NCBI GenBank assembly: GCA_002011125.2
Contig: MTMF02000009.1
Coordinates: forward strand, 460,006-524,005
Direction: 5' to 3'
Source of the DNA: Candidatus Hydrothermarchaeum profundi
GTDB taxonomy: Archaea > Hydrothermarchaeota > Hydrothermarchaeia > Hydrothermarchaeales > Hydrothermarchaeaceae
DNA: 64,000 nt
A model generated the notes under the pieces. That model saw only the letters and a program-made list of their open reading frames with translations, did not search any database and had not been told where the DNA came from. Each line of letters begins with the position of its first letter. Positions within the stretch are counted from its first letter, which is position 1. The position numbers and the translations under genes were made by a program. Shown one piece after another: positions 32,622 to 41,275 of this stretch.

Positions 32622-33347
32622 TTATAGAAAATTCTGTCTTTTTAAATACTTCACTGTTTCTTTAAAATCTTTTTCTAGATCTCTTGGGCGATATTCAACG
32701 CAGAGCTGAGATTTTCTAAGCATCTTAACTATTTTTTCAAAATTAAGAAGCCCCTGCCCAGGCGGTTTTGATTCTGTATCCTTTAAATGGACTTCTGCTA
32801 GTTTATCTCTGAAGCGTAATAAAGTGTTTTCAACATCCTCGCCACAGTCGTAGATATGCCCTGTGTCGGCCATTAATTTTACATTATCTCTATTTATTGT
32901 AGAAACTAGGGAATCGACATCTACTAATGAAGGCAAAAAAGAAGTCTTAATAGGACTTAATCCCTCAATTAATATGCATATTTCGCCTGCGAACTTAGAA
33001 AGATTCCTAAAAATGTTTACGCATTCCCCAAAAGTATTTTCCATAAAATTAAACCCATATGCCGGTACGGTAATTACATTCCCTGCTCCAACATTCCTTG
33101 CTAGCGTAATTGACTCTTTTATGTGTTTGACTGCAGCTTTTCGAACTCCTTTATCCCTGCTAAGAAGATTAAGTCGATGAAGAAGATATGCTTGCACTGA
33201 TCTTACTTCAATTTCATATGAAGATAAGGCATTGAGATCCCTTTCACCTGTGCAAATCATTTCAAGCCACAGCCTGTGAGCTTGAATCTGAAATAGCTTA
33301 TCTTCAAGGGAATTACCAGGAACGCAAAACTCTGCAAATCCAAGCAT
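32622..33347 (-). CDS. Sugar phosphate isomerase/epimerase (xylose isomerase-like TIM barrel)
   Basis: IE; DTGH; VHLKD; PG.G..NF; VE metal ligands. Confidence 0.85.
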   Translation of the reverse strand: MLGFAEFCVPGNSLEDKLFQIQAHRLWLEMICTGERDLNALSSYEIEVRSVQAYLLHRLNLLSRDKGVRKAAVKHIKESITLARNVGAGNVITVPAYGFNFMENTFGECVNIFRNLSKFAGEICILIEGLSPIKTSFLPSLVDVDSLVSTINRDNVKLMADTGHIYDCGEDVENTLLRFRDKLAEVHLKDTESKPPGQGLLNFEKIVKMLRKSQLCVEYRPRDLEKDFKETVKYLKRQNFL

Positions 33348-33382
33348 AAGTTAAATATATTCCATAGTTTAATTTAGCTTCT

Positions 33383-34033
33383 ATGTTTGACTTTCATGTA
33401 CACTCTATATTTAGTGATGGAGAATTAATACCCGCCGAGATAGCTCAGAGATGCTCTATCCTAGGACATAAAGCCGTGGCTATTACTGATCATGCTGACA
33501 AATCAAATTTAGAACTTATATTATCAAATCTAGTACCCGCGTGCGAGGACCTAAATAAATACGTAGATATTGAAGTTTTACCGGGAATTGAAATAACGCA
33601 CTCTCCTATTGATATGCTTGAAGATCTTATCAAAAAGTCAAAAAAGCTAGGAGCAAAAGTTATCATCGTTCATGGTGAAACGCTTGTAGAACCGGTTCCC
33701 AAAGGAACAAATCTCGCCGCAGTAAAAATCCCTGAGGTAGACATTTTAGCTCATCCCGGTCTTCTTACAGTAGAAGAAGCGGAATTAGCGAAAGAGAACG
33801 GCATATTCTTAGAACTCTCAGCAAGAAAGGGGCATTGTTTATCAAATGGGCATGTTGCTATGGTGGCAAATGAAGTAAAAGCGGATTTATTAGTTAATAC
33901 AGATGCACATTCTCCAAGTGATTTTATAACGGAAAAAGAGGCTTATAATGTAGCTAGAGGATCAGGCTTGTCTGAGAAAAATTCAGGAATTGTTATAAGT
34001 GTTAATCCCCAAAGGTTTCTAAAGAATATATAA
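33383..34033 (+). CDS. PHP-family phosphoesterase (histidinol-phosphatase-like)
   Basis: DFH.HS..SDG; ITDH; G.E.TH; VHGET..EPV; ILAHPG; NTDAH. Confidence 0.9.
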   Translation: MFDFHVHSIFSDGELIPAEIAQRCSILGHKAVAITDHADKSNLELILSNLVPACEDLNKYVDIEVLPGIEITHSPIDMLEDLIKKSKKLGAKVIIVHGETLVEPVPKGTNLAAVKIPEVDILAHPGLLTVEEAELAKENGIFLELSARKGHCLSNGHVAMVANEVKADLLVNTDAHSPSDFITEKEAYNVARGSGLSEKNSGIVISVNPQRFLKNI

Positions 34034-34069
34034 GCTTTTCGAAAATTTTATATAAGAGGAGGATATTGT

Positions 34070-34336
34070 TTGAGGTCCTTAGGTAAGGTTATCAATATTA
34101 CTAGAGGGGGGGATATAATTTTAAGGGGAGGAGAAATTCCAGCTCTTTTTTCACAGGTTGGGACAAAAACGTCTAAAATCGGAAAAGTGAAAGATATTAT
34201 CGGCCCAGTATCTAATCCCTATATTGTAGTAAAGCCGATAAAGAATTTTACAGAAGAGGAATTGCAATCACTAAAAAATGAAACCCTCTACGAATATAGG
34301 AGGAAACGTAGTGGAAAAAAAAGTAGAGTACATTGA
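34070..34336 (+). CDS. gar1: H/ACA RNP protein Gar1
   Basis: MRSLGKV...IGKV.DI.GPV..PY..VK; conserved gar1-tfb gene order. Confidence 0.88.
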   Translation: MRSLGKVINITRGGDIILRGGEIPALFSQVGTKTSKIGKVKDIIGPVSNPYIVVKPIKNFTEEELQSLKNETLYEYRRKRSGKKSRVH

Positions 34337-35231
34337 AGAATGCCCAGAATGTGGCTGTAGGAGTATAACGAGAGATTATGAGAGAGCAGAAATAGTGTGT
34401 AATGAATGTGGCCTGGTAATAGATGAAAAAATCATGGATACAGGCCCGGAGTGGAGAGCCTTCGATTATGAACAAAGGGTTAAGAGAAGCAGGGTTGGAG
34501 CCCCAATGACGTATACAATCCATGATAAGGGTCTTTCCACGGTTATTGACTGGAGGAACCGGGATAGCTATGGAAAAGACATCGTGAGGCATAGAGCACA
34601 ACTTCACCGGATGAGGAAGTGGCAGCAGAGGATCAGGGTCTCTAACGCTACTGAGCGCAACCTCGCCTTCGCCTTAACAGAGCTAGACCGTGTCGCATCA
34701 CGCCTAGGCCTGCCGAGGAACGTACGGGAGACGGCCGCGGTAGTCTACCGCAGGGCAGTGGAAAAAGGCCTTATACGCGGAAGAAGCATAGAAGGCGTAG
34801 CCGCCTCAGCCCTTTATGCTGCATGCCGGCAGTGCCGGGTGCCTAGGACCCTTGACGAGATCGCTGACGCGGCCAAGCTCAACCGGAAAGAGATCGGCAG
34901 GACATACCGCTTCGTAGCCAGGGAGCTAGGCATCAACCTTAACCCGACCACGCCCATAGACTACGTGCCCAGGTTCGGCTCAGCCCTCAAGCTCTCAGGC
35001 GAGGTCCAGAGCAAGGCCATCGAGATACTTAAGAAGGCCATGGAGCAAGAGCTCACCTCAGGCAGGGGGCCTACGGGCGTCTCAGCCGCGGCGATATACA
35101 TCGCCAGCGTCCTGCTCGGCGAAAGAAGGACCCAGCGGGAGGTCGCCGACGTAGCCGGCGTAACCGAGGTCACCATCAGAAACAGATACAAGGAGCTAGC
35201 CGAAAGACTAGACATCGAAATCACCATCTAA
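34311..35231 (+). CDS. tfb: Transcription initiation factor IIB (TFB)
   Basis: CPECG Zn ribbon; GPEWRAF; HDKGLST; ERNL; two cyclin folds; [16 protein letters not shown] start after AGGAGG (track start 34278). Confidence 0.98.
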   Translation: MEKKVEYIEECPECGCRSITRDYERAEIVCNECGLVIDEKIMDTGPEWRAFDYEQRVKRSRVGAPMTYTIHDKGLSTVIDWRNRDSYGKDIVRHRAQLHRMRKWQQRIRVSNATERNLAFALTELDRVASRLGLPRNVRETAAVVYRRAVEKGLIRGRSIEGVAASALYAACRQCRVPRTLDEIADAAKLNRKEIGRTYRFVARELGINLNPTTPIDYVPRFGSALKLSGEVQSKAIEILKKAMEQELTSGRGPTGVSAAAIYIASVLLGERRTQREVADVAGVTEVTIRNRYKELAERLDIEITI

Positions 35232-35254
35232 GACTACTTTTTCTCAAAAAAAGG

Positions 35255-35338
35255 GAAAAAAAGCAAAGGTAAGAGAAGCCTGGAGTTGGTGGCAAATTCG
35301 GGGGATAGGGGAGAACTCTCTTACCTTTGCCTGGTTAC
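35255..35338 (-). ncRNA. Candidate small RNA (~80 nt; 14-bp stem, 40-nt C-rich loop, oligo-U tail)
   Basis: Inverted repeat GCAAAGGTAAGAGA (35263-35276) / TCTCTTACCTTTGC (35317-35330). Minus-strand BRE-TATA CAAAAGTTTTTTATATG at ~35355-35371. T7 run immediately after the stem on the minus strand. Confidence 0.55.
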
Positions 35339-35460
35339 TAAAAATGATAATTTACATATAAAAAACTTTTGTATGAATATTCAAACTATTTATACATTAT
35401 AAGGATTTAAATTTGGATAAAAATTGGATAAAAGTCATAATATTTTAAAATTTATTGGAT

Positions 35461-36099
35461 TTATATACAAATTGTTCCTATTATTTTTGAAAATTCTTCA
35501 GTAGCTTCCCGTGGGTCAGAAGCTTGATATATCCCTCTTCCTATTATTTCAAAATCTGCACCTGATCTTATAGCATCACCTACCTTAGCGCCCTGTGCCT
35601 TTATACCGGGGGATATTATTATGAGATCTCCCACAGTTTTTCGTAATATCTTTATTCTTTCAGGCCTTGTTGCAGGAGCTACAATGCCATATGCATAGCG
35701 TCTAGCTATCTCTGCTATCCTTTCTGCTCCAGTAGTAAGGAAATCTTTTGAGCCTGGATGGCTCATTTCTGCTACTACAAAAATTTCGGCGACTTCTGAG
35801 CATGCTTTTATTACGTCTTCGCCAACGAAGCCGTGAACAATTACGTAATCAGCCCCGTTATTTTGAGCTAGCTGGCAAATTTTTTGGCTTATTATGGGGA
35901 TATCAGCTACTTTAAAGTCTGCTATTATTGGATTTCCGAATTTCTTCAACTCTCGTAAAAACCTTATTCCTGTTGGAAGAATTAAGGGATATCCGACTTT
36001 TATTGCGTCAACTAAATCGGATACTTCTCCCGCTATCCGTAAAGCTTCTTTTTTCGAATCCACATCTAAGGCCAGTATGATACCACTCTTTTTTTTCAA
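35461..36099 (-). CDS. pyrF: Orotidine-5'-phosphate decarboxylase
   Basis: IILALD; AIKVG; IADFKVADIP; EMSHPG; PATRPER; SPG..AQG; IIGR.IY. TTG start overlapping the dys stop (track start 36198). Confidence 0.96.
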   Translation of the reverse strand: MKKKSGIILALDVDSKKEALRIAGEVSDLVDAIKVGYPLILPTGIRFLRELKKFGNPIIADFKVADIPIISQKICQLAQNNGADYVIVHGFVGEDVIKACSEVAEIFVVAEMSHPGSKDFLTTGAERIAEIARRYAYGIVAPATRPERIKILRKTVGDLIIISPGIKAQGAKVGDAIRSGADFEIIGRGIYQASDPREATEEFSKIIGTICI

Positions 36100-37016
36100 T
36101 CCAATCTCTCCATTAGTGCAGCTACTATTAGAGGGAATAGTACGGTAACGTCCCCTACTACTGATACGAATTTCCCTGTTTCTCTTCCTTTTCCCCACGA
36201 AATGCCTTCTTCCAGCTTAGCGCCGCTGAGACTTCCTGCTTCATCTCTATCCATGGTTATTTGAATCCCGTAGTCGATCCCATCTTTAAGGAGATTGGCT
36301 CCAAGAATATAATGTTTTGGAACACCTCCGCCAAGAAATACTCCTCCCGTTTTTTCGGATTGGAATACCATTTCTACCAGATCATGCATGTCTTTTAATG
36401 AATTTAATACTATCTTATTATGTTGAGAGAAAAAATAAAGCTGTAATCCCAGCATAGAGTCTATTAATGCCGGCGAGAATATTGGCACTTTTTTTTCGTA
36501 GGCGTTACGTAGTATTGACTCCTCATCATCTATTCTTGAACCTATCTCCCATAATAGTTCTTTGACTGAGATATTCTCTCTCTTCTCTTCACTTATGTCA
36601 CCTAGCATTTCTTGGACTTTATCTTCGAAGGTCTCGAAGTTACCGATTTTTGTATAAATGTTCCCGATTCTCCCGATCTTCTTTTTCTTTAATTTTCTAT
36701 CATCTGCTGTAAAGTCTCCTACATAGTGGCAGCCTTTAAAAGACTCTATGAGGTCATGAACCATATTGGCTCCGTTTGTAACTATAGCGTCTACGTATCC
36801 TTTTCTAATGAGTTCGGATACAATGCCTCGTAAACCTGAAGCGGATAATGGTCCGGCCATTCCTAGAAATACTGTTGATTCTTTAATCATTTCCTCAAAA
36901 ATGTCTACAGCCTTAGCGACACTTCCAGCTCCTAAAACTCCTGCTTTTTTATACTCATGAATTAAAGAATTAACACTCATTATTCCTCTTATTTTCATAT
37001 TCCCTACTTTTTTCAA
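36096..37016 (-). CDS. dys: Deoxyhypusine synthase
   Basis: G.R..V; VTNGAN..HD; RIGNI; SPA..DS..G; GGGVPKH; GSLSGA...E..SWGK (active Lys). Confidence 0.92.
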   Translation of the reverse strand: MKKVGNMKIRGIMSVNSLIHEYKKAGVLGAGSVAKAVDIFEEMIKESTVFLGMAGPLSASGLRGIVSELIRKGYVDAIVTNGANMVHDLIESFKGCHYVGDFTADDRKLKKKKIGRIGNIYTKIGNFETFEDKVQEMLGDISEEKRENISVKELLWEIGSRIDDEESILRNAYEKKVPIFSPALIDSMLGLQLYFFSQHNKIVLNSLKDMHDLVEMVFQSEKTGGVFLGGGVPKHYILGANLLKDGIDYGIQITMDRDEAGSLSGAKLEEGISWGKGRETGKFVSVVGDVTVLFPLIVAALMERLD

Positions 37017-38438
37017 TTATTTCACCTTTTTAAGCTCTTTCAAGGCTTTTTCTAATTCGTATAGTCTTGCCATAATGTCGTTTATCTTATTTTCTACCCT
37101 CTTTTTTTCAGAGTTATAGGTCCTACCGGTTATCTCTCCAGAAGCCTTCTTTCTTCTTAACTCTTCGAGCACGATATCCATTTTTTCTTTTTCTTTTTTC
37201 AGGTCTCTGATTTCTTTTGCTATACTAACTCTTTTATTTACAGTTTCAATTTTCTTCTCGAAACCTGTGAAAGTCCTTCTCTTAAGGTTATTTATTACCC
37301 GGAATTCTTGTAGCGTTTTCCTCTTTTCTAACATACTTCTTGTCACATAAACCATACCAATAGACAGGGCAAGTATTACTGCTATGAAAGCGGCCAAAAA
37401 GTTGTTTATATTGAAGCTCTTTTCTTCTGACTTTATAACAATAGGACTCTCTTGGAGTCCTTCGATTCTCTCATCAAGGCTTTTTCCTATCTCCTCTATT
37501 TGTCTTTCAAGGGCTGATTGAACGCCTAGATTTGCTAAATTTTTAGCTTGTAGTGCTAGCCGATACGAATCCCTAGCATATTCAATAGAGTCAGTAGAGC
37601 TTATGTATGCTTCATAGGGAGAATACTCTGGGTATTCGGGATTGTTTTTAATTCTCGCTATTACAACAAGGTCCTTTGCTTTCTCTAAAAGCGCATATGC
37701 TTTATTATATGTATCGTTTGCATTACTCAGATTTATATTGTGTTCTGCGGCGTTAGTTATTCCGCTCCGGGTATCATTAATGATGAACTCTGCCTCTAAG
37801 ATGAAATCCTCGGCTTTCTTTATTTGTTCCTCAGCGAGTTCTTTGTAGTTAGCATACTCTATTTTTACTGGGAAGCCGTCTCTAATAGCGGATAAATCTT
37901 TAATTGTTATAGGTATTGCTTCATAGGATATTTTTTCTCTCCCTCCCTCTAGAGTCTTATCAGCTGGAGGAGTTATATTGCCGAACTGGTATCCTACGGG
38001 AGTTTTAAACTCAATGTAGACCCTTCCGGGTATCCATGGATATTTACCTAGCGCTAAGCCGCTTAAAACGTTTATGTTTTCACCTCTAAAGAGCATATCC
38101 GTTCTGCGATATTTGAGTATAATCCATCTCTTCTCTCCTCGCCACATTGTCAGGTTTACTGTTATAATCGTATTTTTATTTGAAGTAAAAACGCTGTATT
38201 TAGAGGGTTCACCTATGACTTCTACCTCTACATCTTGGGCATCTCCTCTAGCAAAATAAATCGAATCTCTAAAAAGATTACCAGTAGGACCTCCGACATT
38301 CTCTATATGGATGTTCTCCTCAACTAAAAAATCGTTTTCACCAAGAGTGTAGCTCAGGTTATGTGCCTTGATAAGTATCTCCTGAGCATTAACTCCGGGT
38401 ACGAAAATAATAAACAAAACTAAATAGGCTAATTTCAT
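37017..38438 (-). CDS. Signal-peptide membrane-anchored protein with extracellular beta/helical domains and a cytoplasmic coiled coil
   Basis: N-terminal signal peptide (VNA|Q); single TM near residue 350; K/E-rich C-terminal coiled coil. Confidence 0.75.
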   Translation of the reverse strand: MKLAYLVLFIIFVPGVNAQEILIKAHNLSYTLGENDFLVEENIHIENVGGPTGNLFRDSIYFARGDAQDVEVEVIGEPSKYSVFTSNKNTIITVNLTMWRGEKRWIILKYRRTDMLFRGENINVLSGLALGKYPWIPGRVYIEFKTPVGYQFGNITPPADKTLEGGREKISYEAIPITIKDLSAIRDGFPVKIEYANYKELAEEQIKKAEDFILEAEFIINDTRSGITNAAEHNINLSNANDTYNKAYALLEKAKDLVVIARIKNNPEYPEYSPYEAYISSTDSIEYARDSYRLALQAKNLANLGVQSALERQIEEIGKSLDERIEGLQESPIVIKSEEKSFNINNFLAAFIAVILALSIGMVYVTRSMLEKRKTLQEFRVINNLKRRTFTGFEKKIETVNKRVSIAKEIRDLKKEKEKMDIVLEELRRKKASGEITGRTYNSEKKRVENKINDIMARLYELEKALKELKKVK

Positions 38439-38595
38439 CTCTATTTCTTTTTATACCCAGTTTAATTTAAATTTTTGTGGGAAAAATTTTTAGCTCTTTA
38501 TTGCAACAGCAAGAGATTATTTCCTGCACTTGTTATGGTTATCAAAAGCATTTTAAACGTTGAATATAAATACGGGAAAATTAGAGAAGTCCTTA

Positions 38596-38669
38596 CCCGG
38601 CGTAGCTCAACCTGGTAGAGCGGTGGACTGTAGATCCACTGGTTGCTGGTTCAAATCCGGCCGCCGGGA
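38596..38669 (+). tRNA. tRNA-Tyr (GTA), no intron, CCA not encoded
   Basis: CCCGGCG/CGCCGGG acceptor with C1-G72 and A73; GTGGA-CT-GTA-GA-TCCAC; GGTTCAAATCC. Confidence 0.97.
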
Positions 38670-38819
38670 CTACTAAAATTCTACTACTCTTTTTAGCTGA
38701 GCAGTAAAAGATCCCCAGATTTTGAGCTTGGTGGATAAGAAGCTATATCTTAAAAGAAAAAGCTGGAGATTAATTTAATTCCGCACAGCTGGTTAAAACG
38801 GTGGTATTCTTGCGGAATC

Positions 38820-38848
38820 TTTATAAATAATGGAACAAAAATGTTACA
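38820..38848 (+). promoter_or_regulatory. TATA box plus autoregulatory operator of the MNT-HEPN operon
   Basis: TTTATAAA at 38820-38827, then palindrome TGGAACA-AAAA-TGTTACA (38831-38848). TGGAACAAAA repeats at 38851. Confidence 0.6.
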
Positions 38849-38849
38849 C

Positions 38850-39395
38850 ATGGAACAAAATTTAATCTTCGAAATTGTGGATGCCCTTCTAGGCGAGGAG
38901 CTTCATGCAAGGGCGCTGGCTAAAAAGCTGAAAACCAACCACATGACGGTTGTGAGAAAGTTGAGGGGGCTTGTAGAGGAGAATGTGTTAGACTTTAGGC
39001 TGGAGGGAAGAAATAAGGTCTACTTCCTTAAAAAGAGCGTGGAGGCTAGGAGCTATGCAATCATGACAGAACTCTATAAGTTGAACAAAACGCTGAGGAG
39101 GTATCCAGAATTGAGAAATATAGTTGCGAGCATCCAGAAAAACGCAAAGATAAAGCTTGCCGTTCTCTTTGGGAGCTATGCAAAAGGTATAGCAAAGGAA
39201 GGCAGTGACATAGACCTTTTCATAGAAACAAGAGATAGGAGCCTGAAACGGGAGTTGGAACTTCTGAATTCAAAGCTGAGCGTTAAAATTGGAGATTACG
39301 ACAAGTCAAGTCTGCTCATTGGGGAAATTGAGAAAAATCATGTAATAGTAAAAGGAGCAGAATTGTACTATGAGAAAAACAGGTTTTTTTACTAA
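38850..39395 (+). CDS. wHTH-minimal nucleotidyltransferase (MNT) antitoxin
   Basis: N-terminal ArsR-like wHTH; LFGSYAKG....SDIDL. Leaderless ATG at 38850 preferred (track start 38841). Confidence 0.9.
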   Translation: MEQNLIFEIVDALLGEELHARALAKKLKTNHMTVVRKLRGLVEENVLDFRLEGRNKVYFLKKSVEARSYAIMTELYKLNKTLRRYPELRNIVASIQKNAKIKLAVLFGSYAKGIAKEGSDIDLFIETRDRSLKRELELLNSKLSVKIGDYDKSSLLIGEIEKNHVIVKGAELYYEKNRFFY

Positions 39396-39843
39396 GTTGC
39401 ATGAAGAAGGCAAGCTACAACTTGCTGAACCCAGTGAGGAGATAAAGGCAGCCTACCTGAAAAAATCTGAAAGCTACCTTGTATCCGCAAAGCTCCTCTT
39501 AGATAATGGTAGGCTAGAAGAATCCGTTTCTATGGCATACTATAGCATGTATTACATACTTCTCGCCCTACTTTTCAGGGTCGGTATAAAATGTGAAAAT
39601 CACTCTGCTGCAATAATTCTGCTTAAAAAGATATTCAACATAGATAACTCAGAGATATCTTCAGCTAAAAGGGAGAGGATTGACAAGCAGTACTATGTCG
39701 ATTTCTCCAGTGTCGAGGAAGAAGTCGAAGAATTAATTACTACAGCAGAGAGGTTCAATTCCAAAATTCTAGACTTTATAGAGAAACTGAATAGTGAAAA
39801 GATATCAGAGTTCAGGAAGAAGATGGAAAAGCTACTGAGGTAA
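39370..39843 (+). CDS. HEPN domain protein (UPF0332-like), partner of the MNT
   Basis: YL.KS...L.SA..LL; AYYSMYY; NH.A.I; R...QYY; overlaps the MNT gene. Confidence 0.85.
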   Translation: MRKTGFFTKLHEEGKLQLAEPSEEIKAAYLKKSESYLVSAKLLLDNGRLEESVSMAYYSMYYILLALLFRVGIKCENHSAAIILLKKIFNIDNSEISSAKRERIDKQYYVDFSSVEEEVEELITTAERFNSKILDFIEKLNSEKISEFRKKMEKLLR

Positions 39844-40041
39844 TATGCCAACCTTCATGGGATATTATAAAAATTATTAAAAGATTTTTGTCCTGATTTT
39901 TGGTTCAAGGTTTTTCACTTTTAAAGCCTTTCTAATGGGTTAGATTTTTTTCATTTTTCACTTTTCCAGTGCTCTTGGAAAATATATTAGGTGTTTAATT
40001 GAGAATAAAAAGTGTTAATGAGTATGTTAGGTTGTTAGAAG

Positions 40042-40872
40042 ATAAAGGAAGTTTTAGCTTTATTTTTAATCTTTCTAGTGGTATCTTCTCTTGGATGTGC
40101 TGCGCCTACTAGCGTTAAAAAGAGAGATTTCGTTCAGCAACATGGTGTCCTCTCTTCCTTTGATGATCTAAAGAACTGCGGTTATGATGAAGAACTAATA
40201 GCTTTAATACAGAGTTTTTCAGAGCTAGATGCGGGGTTCGATCAGTCCCTTGCTGCTGGGGTTGCAGTAAAGATTTCTTCAGGATTAGAAGAACTTGAAC
40301 CTATCGATCCCACGAGGCTTGAAGACTATGAGAGCTTCAAAAGAAACGTAGAGAGATTTAACAGGGTCTCTGATATAATCAAGGAGAACACTGGTAAGGA
40401 TTTTGGAAAAATAACGATATCGCGAGGTAAATACGACGAAATAATGTCAACTGCAGTGAAATACGCTCCTCTTGTCAACTCTTATAACGAGCTAATCGAA
40501 TCGTCTAAAAATCTTGATCCAGAGGATGAGGACTCGGTAAGGAGATTTTATATCGCGCTATTCCTAGTAGGCGTGGATATTGCGCTAATAAACTCGGGGG
40601 CAATCTACAAAGGGACATATAAGTCGGTCTGGGAGATAAACCAAGCGCTTGGACTGAGAGAAGTTGTTCCTTTCATAGGATACAAAGGATATGGTTTTCT
40701 CCTTTCATCCATACACTGGACGTTAAGGGGGTATATTGAAGGGTTTAAGAACGACGTTTATGAAGTTTTATTAGATGAGACCACGCAAGACCTTAAACGG
40801 GGCCTTAAGAACAAAGGAAAAGACATAAGCGCAACTATTGAAAAAACTCTACAGAGGTTATTGAGACGATAG
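40042..40872 (+). CDS. Putative lipoprotein of unknown function (start uncertain)
   Basis: The frame upstream of the track GTG (40078) encodes IKEVLALFLIFLVVSSLG|C (signal peptide plus lipobox). Only an ATA (40042) is available after an in-frame TAG at 40036. Confidence 0.65.
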   Translation: MKEVLALFLIFLVVSSLGCAAPTSVKKRDFVQQHGVLSSFDDLKNCGYDEELIALIQSFSELDAGFDQSLAAGVAVKISSGLEELEPIDPTRLEDYESFKRNVERFNRVSDIIKENTGKDFGKITISRGKYDEIMSTAVKYAPLVNSYNELIESSKNLDPEDEDSVRRFYIALFLVGVDIALINSGAIYKGTYKSVWEINQALGLREVVPFIGYKGYGFLLSSIHWTLRGYIEGFKNDVYEVLLDETTQDLKRGLKNKGKDISATIEKTLQRLLRR

Positions 40873-40935
40873 AGTGATCCAAGAAGTAGGATCTCTTTAA
40901 GATGTAGTAATCAGTAGACGGAAACTTCACTCTCT

Positions 40936-41037
40936 AGTTCAGATCCTAGTATTCTTCTATTCGCCGGGACTACTAAATCTTCCAATCCGGGCGTGATTCT
41001 TGCCCTATTTCTGCGTGTTTTTTCCATTCCGCTTCTA
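40936..41037 (+). repeat. att-like junction 1 (arm, 7-bp tRNA-Tyr core, conserved end tract)
   Basis: AGTTCAGA-N18-CGCCGGG-ACTACTAAATCTTCC...GGCGTGATTCTTGCCCTATTTCTGC. Confidence 0.75.
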
Positions 41038-41275
41038 CGTCTAATTAAAAAACTATCATCAAATGTTTTAGATGGAGCATCCAAAAAATAGGAAATCCTA
41101 TCGTTCAGGCTATCGGGGGGATTTCTAAGATTCTCGGGAGAGACCTGATAGAAAGCCTCAAAACGCTATTTAATACTTAGGCTTCCAGTCTGATTTCTCC
41201 GGCAGCGATAGGGTGAGCCAAGGGCCTACCCTCATAGAAGTCCCTCATCACCTTGTCAATCTTCCGCGAGATCGA

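Noticed and set aside
35278-35287. 10-nt complementarity of the candidate sRNA loop to the pre-tRNA-Ser splice junction (GCCTGGAGTT, 56595-56604)
   Set aside because: A 10-mer match from a 40-nt loop is expected by chance in 64 kb, and there are no guide-RNA boxes.
35411-35433. TTGGATAAAA repeats as an archaeal dif site
   Set aside because: Direct rather than inverted 11-6-11 arrangement, and close to the inferred origin.
36100-36198. Long N-terminal extensions of pyrF (and similarly nusA, tfb, srp19) in the ORF track
   Set aside because: They overlap upstream genes; downstream starts with an SD sequence or stop-start overlap fit the family N-termini better.
41060-41275. Short coding-like stretches on both strands (e.g. 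minus-strand ISRKIDKVMRDFYEGRPLAHPIAAGEIRLEA)
   Set aside because: Under 40 aa with no recognisable family; possibly gene debris, but not supportable as features.
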